A stretch of 64,000 nucleotides of DNA from the human T2T-CHM13v2.0 reference genome, Homo sapiens, in NCBI RefSeq assembly GCF_009914755.1, contig NC_060929.1; one strand, 5' to 3'. A program made the position numbers and the translations under genes. This document shows, piece by piece, positions 1-12,186 of the stretch. The notes under the pieces are model-generated. The model saw nothing but the letters and a program-made list of their open reading frames with translations. It was not told the DNA's origin and did not search any database. Numbering within the stretch: position 1 is the first letter of the stretch; each line of letters begins with the position of its first letter.

Positions 1-329
1 CTATTATTTCTAATGTTTAGGAAAGTTTTCCTTTGCTTGGGTTCAATTATGAATGATATCTATTTGTCATCATCAAGAAATTTTTCAGCTGAGCTGCTTC
101 TACATCAAATGAGCTCTCTAAATTTATGAATAAAAATTAGTAAAAAATATTTTATCAAGTATCTAATCTGTGTGATATACCAATATGGCTAGGAGGGATG
201 TGCAAAAGTGAGTATGGCATGATTCTGAAGAGTTAACAATGATCACGTTGAAGAAAGAAGCAGGGAAGATATAAAATAATATCGCTGTGCTCATTGACAG
301 AGACAATAACCATTATAAACAACCAGAAG

Positions 330-800
330 AACAATAGAAAGATGCACAGTAAGCACAGGTTTTTATTGTCAGAACAGCATCTTTACGATGTTATAGAACT
401 GGAGTTGTCTCAGGCATGTTAACTTAAAAAAGTTTCCTGGAGTATCCTGGAGAATTTGATATCTCTAGAAACTGTTGCCTGTGTTGTGTCATCAAGGATG
501 CTTCCTGGGCTCCTGGTGGCTCCTTGGCTCCAGTTATTGACCATGACATTTGGTGTCTGTCCTACTTGGCTCTGGATGTTCTTGACCCCTGGATGCCCCT
601 GTTCACCCTTGTGACCTGGGCCTCTACCAGGTTCTGAACCTGCTGATTCCTTGCTGCTTCCTTGCTGCTTTTCAGTACTGACTTCTGCAAATTCCTGGTT
701 TAAATTCTGCTTAGCCCAGCAGTGAGTGCCAGTGGGGACATATGTAGGCAAAGTGAATGGAGGGTTATATAACTGCCCAAACAACTCTTGCCAATTTCAG
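330..800 (-). mobile_element. Probable ancient LTR fragment (family not identified)
   Basis: GC-richer island with a TATA-like TTATATAA (765-772) and a minus-strand AATAAA (362-367), arranged as in an LTR U3-R segment. No family-specific match recognised. Confidence 0.3.
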
Positions 801-1157
801 TTCAGCCAGAAGTATTCATTTTGATGTGGGTTAGGTATATAGAAAAGGAATCTCTTAATCAGACCTCTTAATTTAGTAATTCCTGGTTTCAATATTACAT
901 ACAATAAAGGAGTCCTAGTTTTATTATTACCCAATGTACTGAGTAGAGACAATTAAAATATAATCTGTAACTAAGAGATCTGTTGTAGAAAAGATAACTA
1001 AAAATGGAAAATCCCAAATGTTATCATTCTGGATAGAAGGCAATCTACAATAGGGAGGTAGTTTTAAAAATATAAAATTATCCTGTTTTATTTGGATAGT
1101 TCAGGACAATGGACACATTTACTTTTATGTTATTTGAGCCTCTGGGTTAGAAGGAGA

Positions 1158-1270
1158 TCTCCTCTCTCTCTCTCTTTCTCTTTCTCCTCCTCCTCCACCA
1201 CACACCTTCTCTCTCCTTTCCTTCCTTTCTCTATTCCTCTTTTCTCTTTCTCTCTTTCTATTTCTGTCTT
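1158..1270. repeat. CT-rich low-complexity tract
   Basis: (TC)n, TCC and TTTC runs read directly. Confidence 0.85.
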
Positions 1271-1524
1271 TCAAGCTGAGTATATCTATTATATATAAAG
1301 AGAAGTTAGAGGGACCTTGATCTCCAAGATAAACTAATTGTAATCAATGTTTTCATAGAAGTGTCTTGTGCAAAACAAGTTTACTGAAAATGGGAGAATT
1401 TTGTCTGCTTGTTTGTAAAAGATGGTTCTTGAGCACTGTTGTAGAAGAAAAGATCCTATCTCTCACTGAAGACTATTATATTATCAGTATCAATCCACCG
1501 TCAGGAACAAAAAATAAAGAGGTC

Positions 1525-2858
1525 AAGCTTTATGAATGTTCCAGTTGTTCTTTATATTCACTTGCACTTTGTAATTTTTTTTTTGAATTTTAGGCAATTC
1601 TCTAGGTGTATAGAGGTTATGGTTTTAGTTTGCATTTCTCTAGTCACTACCTACATTGAATACATCATTCACAATCTTGAACAACTTTCACATAATTTTC
1701 TTAGTTGCTACCCGTATCTTTTCTCTGGTGAATGTTTATTCATTCTTTAATCCAAATTTCATTTGCTATCTTCTTATTATACAATTGTAAGTCTTTATGT
1801 AATCTAGATACACATGCTTTATCAGATATGTGTTTTGTAAATATATTCCTTTGTTACAGAACCAAACCTGGTTCAACTTGCCTGGCATAGGAAAGCCAAA
1901 AATCCACACCAAGATTTTGCAGCTAGAGAAAAGAGGGCATTTATTCAGAGGGCACCAAGCAAGGAGAACTGGATAGCTCACACTTAAGACCTGACCACCC
2001 TCATGGCTTCCAAGCAAGAGTTTTTTAAGTTAGGGGTAAATTTCAGCAAAGCAGAAGTTACAGGCAAAATTGTAAATACACACAGGAGGCTATTTATTGG
2101 TTTAACCTAAAAGGGAGGGATATCTTTTAGGTAGGGCTTACAGAACATGGGTGAATTTAAAGATCCTCTGATTTGCAATTGATTAAGGAAGAAAAGCTTT
2201 GTCTAAAAACTTGGGGTCACAGAAAGGAATGTTAAGGTCTGGCATGTGGATGTGACTTCCTCCAGGCCCCTCTAAAAGAGATTTAGAACAAAGACTGTTG
2301 GTAAGAGTTCAGTCCTCAGTTCCACTTTATCTGAAGTCTATGTGCTAGCAGATGGCATTTTCCATTTGATGAGAGTCCAGTATTCTGAAAAAACAGCTCG
2401 AGGACATATGTTAAGATGTTATCTCTAGTTTTTATAGGGGACCAAACATCCCGTGACTCTAACATTTTTGGCTATGGTTTAATCTGTTATTACCTTCTTG
2501 CTTATCAGATTGTTCATTTACTTCTCAGAGCTAGCTAGGTGCCTTGAATTTCCCTTGAAGGAACTCAAGATTTTCTTTTCTTTCCATGCTTTTTGGGGAT
2601 GCTGGCAGGCCCCTAAGAGGGGTTTCAACTTTGTCTCCCTTTTAGTCTGTGGTCTGTCCTTTCATTTTCTTAGCAGTGCCTTTCAAAGAACCAAAGATTT
2701 TGAGTGATTTCAATTTATATATATTTTTATAGTGGATGCTTTTCTTCTTCTAAGAGATATTTGCCTAACCTAAAGTTACAGGATTCTCTCTTCGGTTCTT
2801 GTCTAGAAGTTTTAGAAGTTTTATAGTTTCTCCCTTTAGAATTAGGCTTGTGAAATTT
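1525..2858 (-). mobile_element. Old L1 (L1MB/ME-like) ORF2 3' region, antisense, interrupted by an LTR
   Basis: L1 antisense motifs such as ggttttagtttgcatttctct and ctttatcagatatgtgttttgtaaatat; L1 sequence resumes at ~2640 after the LTR. Confidence 0.75.
1852..2637 (-). mobile_element. ERV1-class solo LTR (LTR39-like)
   Basis: Begins tgttacagaaccaaac and ends ggcccctaagagggg...gtctc; ~786 bp; candidate 4-bp TSD CCTT (1848-1851 / 2638-2641). Confidence 0.7.
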
Positions 2859-2860
2859 TT

Positions 2861-3880
2861 CTATCACTTTAGAAAATAATTTGGCAGATTCTGATAAGTC
2901 AAGCATATCTTTAGCATGTGATCTGTCAATCTCACTTCTAGGAATTAACTCAAAAGAAGTAAAAACATTTATCTGCATGAAGTCTTAGGCATAAATTTTT
3001 ACAGTGGCTTTATTCATAATTGCCCCAAATTGTAAATAGCCGAAACATCCATTAATTGATGAATAGATAAACAAATTGTGGTATATTCATATAGTATAGT
3101 TAAAGTAAAAACTACTGATACATGTAACAACATGGGCTCAGGTCAAAAGCATTATAATGGAAAAAGCCAAACACAAAAACTACATAGTACACTATTCCAT
3201 TTATTGACATTTCAGAGAAATTACAGAGACAGAAACCAGATGATCATTTATCAGGTGCTAAGGGTGAGGGAAGGGTATTGATTACAAAGTGGCTCAAATA
3301 AGCTTTTTGGAGAAATGGAAATGATCTATACTCAGGTGTGTTAGTGATTGATATGGTTTGGATCCATGTCCCTGCTCAAATCTCATGTTGAATTTTAGTC
3401 CTCAGTGTTGGAGGTGGGGCCTGGTGGGAGGTAATTGGATCATGGGAATAGTTTCTCTTGAATGGTTTAGTACCATGCCCTTGGTGCTGTTCTCATGACA
3501 GTGAATGAGTTCTCACAAAATCTGGTTGCTTAAAGGGCTGTGGCACCTCCCTCCTTACTGTCTCTTCCTCTTGCTCTGGCCATATGAGATGTGAGATGTA
3601 CCTGCTCCCCCTTTGCCTTCCACCATAATTGCAACTTTCCTGAGGCTTCCTTAGAAGCCAAGCAGATACTGGCACCATACTTCCTGTACAGTCTGCAAAA
3701 CTGTGAGCCAATTAAACCTCTTTTCCTTATAAATTACCCAGTCTCTGGTACTTCTTTATAGCAGTGTGAGAAAGGACTAATGCAATGGTTATGTAACATT
3801 TTATGTTCTTCAAAACACATTGACCTGTATATCTAAAAATGGTGAACTTTTCTATATGTAAATTTTACCTGAAAAAAATC
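2861..3880 (+). mobile_element. Old L1 (L1MB/MC-like) 3' end, sense, interrupted by an MST LTR
   Basis: Motifs aatttggcag...cacttctaggaatt, ctttattcataattgccccaaat, gaatagataaacaaattgtggtatattcat. Confidence 0.8.
3349..3784 (+). mobile_element. MSTA/MSTB MaLR solo LTR
   Basis: tgatatggtttggat...ggaggtggggcctggtgggagg...attaaacctcttttccttataaattacccagtctc...gactaatgca. Confidence 0.9.
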
Positions 3881-5135
3881 TGAGTAAATAAAATTTCTTT
3901 CAAAGGGTTCAAGCTTTCACAAAAGTATTTTCAAAGAAAAATTTTGTAATCTGTTCAGAAATCTCTGCCTCCCATTTTTTTTCTATGAATGAACTAATAT
4001 TTTCTAGGATGTGAGATAGCCCAACAACAAATTCCCAGCTCTCATATAGGTGCCCATAGATATTGCATAAATTTTCTCCGTTTTTATTATAAACAGTACC
4101 TATGTCAGTGCTTCCAGCTAGAAAATTCAGACACATATTAGCTTTTTGCCCTTATTCTTAGGAAGTTATCTGTCCAATTATTGCTGCCTTTACTGTCTTT
4201 GAATCATATTTATCTTCTTTTCTCTCCTTTCCTCTCACTATGTTAGTCTAGGCTTTTGTGCAATTTGAATTGAACCAGTAAATTTGATCTTTAATTGTTT
4301 TTCCTACCCATTGGCTCTAATTCTTTCAATTCATGTTGAATATGATGACCCAAAACATCTCAAAATGCAGGCTTCACCAAATTGCCTAACATATCATGAT
4401 TACGCCTTCCATTTGCTTTTAAATGCTTTGGAAAATATAGCTTCAAACAAAATGTTCTCTAAAGAATAGGTACTAAAGCATTTTATTTGGTTTAGCAATT
4501 ATAATACATACTTGGATGTAAAGTAAGAATTTATTTTTTCCAAAATTATCCTCCCAAATGAAAGATATGCTTGTGTCCTTACAAAGCCTTCCAAATTTGG
4601 GGGTACTTCATCTACTACTTTATTTTGGGTAGCAATATATAATTGATGAAAGGCTTTTAGTCTTTAATAATGTCAATAAAAGCTAGTTTAGATGCCCATA
4701 GCGGTCTCTTGTTGGAGTCAAATACAGATGCTAAGAAATTTAACATAGATTTAGTGAGGGATGTGGTCTCACTATTATTGCAAGATTGTACATTGTAAAC
4801 AAGCCTTTACAGATGTTTAATTGATTTCCTAGGCTAAATTGCTTAAGAATATGTTTCACTATTTTATATTATAGTTTAAGTTGACCAACTTTCTCCTCCC
4901 TGCTTTTTGGATGTTCTCTCTCTCTCTCTCTGTCTCTCTCTTTCTATTTATCTATCTATCTTATCAGCCAAATCAGTTGAGAATAACATTGATATATCTA
5001 CTGCTTATCTGGATTATTTTAACTATCAGTGAAAGCTTAATCTATCCACATTGTCTATATTTAGCTTCTTCAACTTCTAAAAGAAATCAACAACAGATTT
5101 TCTATAGAATTTGGTGATGATTGACAAAATTTTGG

Positions 5136-5482
5136 TGACTTAGTTCACATTGTTATAACAAAATGCCATAGGTTGGGCAGTTTATGAAGAACAGAAATTA
5201 ATTTCTCACAATTCTGGAGGCTGGAGGTCAGACCAGGGTGCCTGCACAGGTGAAGGCCTTTTTGCAGGTGGCAGATAGCCAACTTCTCATATACTCACAT
5301 GGTGGAAAGAGAGCTAGAGAGCTCTCCAGATTCTCTTTTATAAGGGCACTAATCAAATTCGTAAAGGCTCCACCCTCATGACCTAATTACATCCAAAGGT
5401 CCCATCTCCTACTAACATCACACAGGGGATTAGGATTTCAATGCATGAATTTTTAGGGGACACAAATATTCAGTTTATCACA
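5136..5482 (-). mobile_element. MLT1A-type MaLR solo LTR
   Basis: ataacaaaatgccatagg...tttctcacaattctggaggctgg...ttttataagggcactaatc...cacaaatattcag. Confidence 0.85.
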
Positions 5483-5830
5483 GATAGATTTATTGGGCTC
5501 TTGACATCAAAAGTTTTGGAAAATATCTATGCTTGTACCACCTTCTCCTCTCATTAATCTGTGGGAGTACCTTCATAGAAAAATTGAAGCCTTATAGGAA
5601 ATTGAATTCTTAGAAAACCTTTAGGACTTTGCATTTTTTCAATCATATCCAAACATCTATTAGAATTTGCCCTTTTCTTATAGCCATTTTTACAACATAA
5701 TCAATAAAATATGTAATATTTACTGGATAGAGAAGTCAATTGATATTTAGGAGTCTTTGGCTTTAGCCATGGGTCTATGGTCACTTTCCCCTGGGCTTTG
5801 ATTAGTCACCCTTCAAATGGAGAAGGCAGG

Positions 5831-6190
5831 TGATATGGTTTGGCTGTGTCCCCACCCAAATCTCACCTTGAATTGTAATAATCCCCACGTGTAAAGGGCG
5901 GAGCCTGGTGGAGATCACTGAATCATGAGGGAGGTTTCCCCCATATTGTTCTCGTGGTAGTGAATAAGTCTCATGAGATCTGATGGTTTTATAAATGGGA
6001 GTTCCCCTGCACAAGCTCTCTTGCCTGCTGCCATGTAAGACATGACTTTGCTCCTCATTCACCTTCTGCCATGATTGTGAGGCCTCCCTAGCCATGTAGA
6101 ACTGTGAGTCAATTAAACCTCTTTTCTTTATAAATTACCCAGTCTTGGTAATTTGTGTCTTTATTAGCAGCATGAGAACAGACTAATACA
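5831..6190 (+). mobile_element. THE1 (THE1B/C) solo LTR
   Basis: tgatatggtttggctgtgtccccacccaaatctc...gactaataca; perfect 5-bp TSD GCAGG (5826-5830 / 6191-6195). Confidence 0.95.
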
Positions 6191-6500
6191 GCAGGACTGG
6201 ACGTTGTGCATAATCCTTTCAGGATTTAACACTGATCATATGTCATTCACAACCACAACAGATACTTACATAGATGTGATATCCTCAATATTTGCTATAC
6301 TCTCCTTTCTTTTAGTTGCAAAATTAATATTTTATTATATACAGATGGCCTAAAAGATGGGTGCATATTGGATGTTAATTGTGGCTTAGAGTAGAGAAGA
6401 CAGTACCAAAACTTTGATTATTTGTTCTCTCTGCTGTAGGAGTGCTTGTGAGGGGTTGAGCCTTATTCACAGTGTTAGCAAATGTTAATGCAAACAGAGG

Positions 6501-6523
6501 TGAGTCAGCATATCAGTGACTCA
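6501..6523. promoter_or_regulatory. Paired AP-1 sites, the first with a MAF/CNC (MARE-like) flank
   Basis: TGAGTCAGCA at 6501-6510 and TGACTCA at 6517-6523; motif match only. Confidence 0.3.
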
Positions 6524-7310
6524 TAATAACTTTCATAATTGAGATCATATTTATACATTTTTCTTGTGAGGAGAAAAACAAGTAGAGATAGAAGTGACTT
6601 TATGATTTTGTGATGATAAATACCTCAATAGGTAGTCAAACAATCAGGAGTAGATGCTACCAATTAACTTTGTGACCAGAAAAGACCTCCCTGTGGGCTT
6701 GGGGATCCTGTATTTACACTAAAAGTCTCAGCGGCCCAAGCCCGCAGAGGATCTGAGTGGCAGAGTGTGTGGACAGATGGCCTATTTTCTGCTCTGGGTT
6801 TGTGGAAGTTATTACTTTCCCTTTCATGCTTAAATATCTTACATTTATTCCCTCTCATGGCTAATATTTTCTATTTCAACTTAGATTTTCCCTCATAGAA
6901 GCATGATGGTTTTACTGCTGCAGTGAAATTATTTAGGTCTGTAAGTCAAAACTTTTCAAAATAGATGGATGATCCAGTTATCTTTCTGAGCAGTGACCAT
7001 AGTTCTCAGACATAAAATCAATATTTTCAAATGAAATTGATAAAAATAAAACATAAGTGGACTGCAGAAAACCCAGACTACACCCTTTCAAATTCATCTG
7101 AGATTTGCTGTGGACCCGCCATGTATCAGGCATTTCCCTAGAATTTCAGAAAACCTAAACGTAGTGACCACCTAGGAGAAACTTCTTTCCAGATAAAGAA
7201 TGTTCTGAAGAGAGTACCTCGATTGTTTACTGAGAGGTATAATTACTACAAGATTTTCTTTCCACCCAACATAGAGCTCATTTTGACATGTTGAAGGCTA
7301 GAACATATCT

Positions 7311-7839
7311 TATAGGGGAGGGACCTTTGTGACTTTATGTGCTTTCCCAGCTTAGATGTAAAAATATCTCCTCCCACATAAACTAACTTTTTAGCCTAAC
7401 TGGTTAGCCAAGTATCATTTTATTAATTTTAGCAAAAATATCTATGGTTGTGTGTGTGCATGTGTGTGTGTGTGCATGTGTGCATGCGTGCATGCTTGCA
7501 TGTGTGTGTGTTGCTCTGCTTAATAAATTGAGAAGAAATTTGTGCTTACTCTGGCATTAGTTGAGAAAGGGAATAAGTGAAAGAAGCTGAAGTTGTAAAG
7601 AGATAGAGGAGATAGGGCAGGGTTCTGGAAGTGAGAAACTCCCTGTAGCGTGAATGGCTTTAGACAAAGGGACATGAAATGCTCAATTTTATGTTTTAAG
7701 TTCTGTTAGACTTCTATGTAACACTGTACTGTTACTTTTTGAATCTTTAATAAAAGCCTATTATTTAAAACTGCTTGGTGAGAGTGGTGTTTGCCAGAAA
7801 TCAAGATTAAAAGCGACTGTGGATGACTTGGGGTCAACA
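7311..7839 (+). mobile_element. Probable ancient LTR (family uncertain) containing a (TG/TGCA)n tract at ~7449-7511
   Basis: AATAAA about 90 bp before a terminal ...tcaaca and LTR-like composition; no family certainty. Confidence 0.35.
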
Positions 7840-9828
7840 TAGGTTTGAAGTAAGTTACAGTTGCTAGAGGAAAGGTGAAAGTGAGTTGGTAAAATCAGGA
7901 GAGGCAGGGAAGGCTCAGAGATAGAAGTATAGATAATTAGGAGAAATGTAAGCCCTGACCAACTCCTGTAGTTAGGCCTGAGTCGTTTTGCTTTGTTTCT
8001 CTGGGTTTGTGGAAGTTATGACTTTCCCTTTCATGCTTAGAGTATGTGGAGACATGGACATAGAAGTAACCACCTGGACTGAGATAGAGAAACATTCTGA
8101 AAGCAATATTTATACATTTAGAATTCCTTCTCTGAAAATCACTAAAGAAACATTATGACGTGATATCAGCAAGATGGCAGAGTAAAAGATCCCAGTCTTT
8201 GTCCCCTATAAAAAAGAATTAACTCCCCATGAATTAAAATAGCCCCGAGAGAGCTCAGCAGCCAAATTAGGACACTGTGGCAACACAGTAGAATAAAATA
8301 ACAGAGACTAACTCCACAGAAAGGATAGGGAGTATGGTTTCATTCTGCCTGCATCATTCCATCCTCCATGTCAACATGGCTTATGCCAAAAAGATTCTCC
8401 TTGGCCCAGAAGTTTTCCTCATGGAGAAAAAGTATAGCAAGTGACCTACCAGCTACCCTATCTTTTCAGGTTACTTCTCTAATGACCTGCTTCAGTTTCA
8501 CAGCACCCAGATTGCTGGGAAGATCAGCATGCTCAGTATATCTGGGATGTCTGGAGACAGCTAGGAACAAAGAAGAGCTGCAGGAGCTGTAAGTGTCAGT
8601 CACAACGTGGGTACCACTCTGGTCCTCAGTGGCCTGCTGCTGAGGACCTCAGTAACCCTCATGGACACCAGAGAAATCCTCACTGCTTCCACCAATGAGA
8701 ATCCTATCATGTCTGCTTCAAACACCAGAGCCACCACTACAGTAAGTGCACCTGTGCCCTGGGCCCTGGAGTCATAATTATTCCATACGAGCCCATGCTC
8801 TGTACCTTGGTTGTGCAGCCATCCTGTGAGTGTCTGTGCATCACAAACTGGCAAGACCACTGCCATCAGCATTCCTGTGTGTCAGATCTGTCACTAAGAA
8901 ATATACCCTTAACCATAAACTTCCACTTATGGGAGAAATAGAGAACAGGTGAACCCCAGCAGCCTTCTCCACTGAGAGCCTCAACAACATTCACAGCTGT
9001 CATGGACATCCACAGCCTTGGCTGCTGAGGAACCCAATGGTCTTCTGACCTCAGCTGATGGAGCTAAGTAGACTATATCAGTGTGTCCAGAGCCAGAACC
9101 ACTTCACCCTACTCAGCTAACACCCCTGCTCCCACTGTAGGTGAAGATCTTTCCTCACCAAAACCAATCCATAAATCCTGGAGGAGGTAAATGCTCTCCT
9201 AAATGTGCAGATATCAATGCAATAAAAACAAACAAATCAGGGAAACTTGAAACCACTGAAGGAAAACAATAATTTTCTGGTACCCAACTGCAAAGAAATG
9301 GATATATACAAATTATGTAAGCAAAGATTCAAAATAATTGTTTTAAAAAGGCTCTGTGAGCTATAAAACAAACAGGCAGACAGTCAGCACAACCATATCA
9401 CAACCATATCAGGAAAACAATGCATGAACAAACTTAGAAGTTCAACAGAGATAGAAATCATAAAAAAGAACCAAACAGAAATTCTACAGTTGAGTAATAC
9501 AATGAATGAAGTTAAAAAATGAAACATAGAGCTTGAACATCAGACTCAATCAAGCAGAAGAATTAACCTACAAACTCAAAGATGGTTCTTTGGAAATTAT
9601 CCAGTCAGAGGAGGAAAAATATAGAAACAAGAAGAGTGAAGACAGTTCTATGTGATTTTTAGGACACTGTAAAAGAAACCAATATATGCATTTTGGGAAT
9701 ATCAGAAGGAGAAGAGAAAGAGAGAAAGAAGAAGAAACTTCTTTAGAAAATGACTAAAAACTTCCCAAATTTGTCGGGGGAGAAATGGACATCCAGATTG
9801 AGGAAGCTGAAAGATTTCCAAACAGGGT

Positions 9829-12109
9829 TGATTTAGTTTGGCTGTGTCCCCACCCAAATCTCATTCTGAATTCTCATGTGTTGTGGGAGGGACCCAGCGG
9901 GAGGTAATTGAATTATGGGAGCAGATCTTTCCCATGCTGTTTTTGTGATAGTGAATAAGTCTCATGAGATCTGATGGTTTTAAAAAGAGATGTTCTCCTG
10001 CACAAGCTCTCTCTTTACCTACCACCCATCATCCATGTAAAATGTGACTTGATCCTCTTTGCCTTCCACCATGATTGTGAGGCCTCCCCAGCCATGCAGA
10101 ACTGTAAGTCCATTAAACCTCTTCCTTTTGTAAATTGCCCAATCTCAGATATGTCTTTATCAGCAGTGTGAAAACAGACTAATACAGTAAATTAGTACCA
10201 GTAGAGTGGGGCACTGCTGAAAAGATACTTGCAAATGTGGAAGTGACTTTGGAACTGGGTAATAGGCAGAGGTTGGAACAGTTTGGAGGGCTCAGAAAAA
10301 GACAGGAAATTGTGGGAAAGTTTGGAACTTCCTAGAACTTGTTGAATGGCTCTGCCCAAAATGCTGATAGCGATATGGACAATAAAGTCCAGGCTGAGGT
10401 GGTCTCAGATGGAGATGAGGAACTTGTTGGGAACTGGAGTAAAGGTGACTCTTGCTGTTTTAGCAAAGAGACTGGCAACATTTTGCCCCTGCCCTAGAGA
10501 TTTGTGGAACTTTGAACTAGAGAGAGATGATTTAGGGTATCTGGAAGAAGAAATTTCTAAGCAGCAAAACATTTAAGAGGTGACTTGGGTGCTGTTAAAG
10601 GCATTCTGTTTTAAAAGGGAAGCAGAGCATAAAAGTTTGAAAAATTTGCAGCCTGACAATGTGATAGAAAAGAAAATCTCATTTTCTGAGGAGAAATTCA
10701 AACTGGCTGCAGAAAGAGAATTGCGTAATTAAGGAGGAGCCAAATGTTAATCCCCAAGACAAATGGGAGAATGTCTCCAGGGCATGTCAGAGGTCTTCCT
10801 GGCAGTCTCTCCCATCATAGGCCTGGAGGCCTAGGAGGAAAAAGTGGTTTTGTGTGCCAGGCTCAGGGTCCCCATGCTGTGTGCAGCCTGGGGACGTGGT
10901 GCCCTGCATCCCAGCTGCTTCAGCCATGGCTGAAAGGGGCAAACATAGTGCTCAGGCCAGGGCTTCAGAGGGTGCAAGCCTTAAGCCTTGGCAGCTTCTG
11001 TGTGGCATCGAGCCTGAGAGTGCACAGAAGTAAAGTATTGAGGTTTGGGAACCTCCACCTAGATTTCAGAGAATGTATGGAAACACCTGGATGTCCATGC
11101 AGAAGTTTGGGGCTCTCATGGGGAACCTCTTCTAAGGCAGTGTGGAAGGGAAATGTGGGGTCACAGCCCCCACACAGAGTCTGTACTGGTGCATTGCCTA
11201 GTGGAGCTCTGAGAAGAGGGCTACTATCCTCCAGACTCTGGAACTGTAGACCCATTGACAGCTTGCACCTTGTGCCTGGAAAAGCTGTAGACACTAAATG
11301 CCAGCCTATGAAAGCAGCCAGGAGGGAGGATGTACCCTGCATAGTGAACAGGGGCAGAGCCGCCCAAGACCATGGGAACCCACCTCTTGCATCAGCATGG
11401 CCTGGATATGAGGTATGAAGTCAAATGAGATTTTGGAACTTTAAGATTTGACTGCCTTGCTGGATTTCAGACTTGCATGGGGCCTGGAACCCCCTTTGTT
11501 TTGGCCAATTTCTCCCATTTGGGATGACTGTGTTTACCCAATGCCTGTAACACCATTGTATCTAGGAAGTAACTAACTTGTTTTTGATTTTACAGGCTCA
11601 TAGGTGGAAGGGACTTGCCTTGTTTCAGCTGAGACTTTGGACTGTGGACTTTTGAGTTAATGCTGAAATGAGTTAAGACTTTAGGGAAATGTTGAGAAGG
11701 CATGACTGATGTTGAAATCTGAGGACATGAGATTTGGGAGGGGCCCGGGGTGGAATGATGTGGTTTGGCTGTGTCCCCACCCAAATGTCATCTTGAATTC
11801 CCATGTATTGTGTGAAGGACCCAGTGGGAGGTAATTGAATCATGGGGGCAGGTCTTTCCTGTGCTGTTCTCATGATAGTGAATAAGTCTCACAAGATCTG
11901 ATAGTTTTAAAAAGGGGAGTTTCCTTGCACAAGCTCTCTCTTTGCCTGCTTCCATCCTCACAAGATATGACTTGCTCCTTCTTGCCTTCTGCCATGATTG
12001 TGAGGCCTCTACAGCCATGTGGAACAGAAGTTCATTAAAGCTCTTTTTTGGGGTAAATTACCCAGTCTTGGGTATGTCTTTATCAGCAGCATGAAAACAG
12101 ACTAATACA
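9829..12109 (+). mobile_element. THE1B provirus: 5' LTR 9829-10186, internal 10187-11755, 3' LTR 11756-12109
   Basis: Two THE1 LTRs flank THE1-int (gtaaattagtaccagtagagtgggg...); polypurine tract before the 3' LTR; perfect TSD AGGGT (9824-9828 / 12110-12114). Confidence 0.95.
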
Positions 12110-12127
12110 AGGGTCAAGTCAAAGAAG

Positions 12128-12132
<5 letters not shown>

Positions 12133-12181
<49 letters not shown>
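12133..12181. repeat. (TA)n microsatellite, ~24 units
   Basis: Uninterrupted AT dinucleotide run. Confidence 0.95.

Positions 12182-12186
<5 letters not shown>

Noticed and set aside
10744-11418. Longest ORF (224 aa) and similar ORFs at 30935-31871
   Set aside because: They lie in THE1 internal sequence, and the frames are broken differently in the two proviruses, so there is no sign of a maintained gene.
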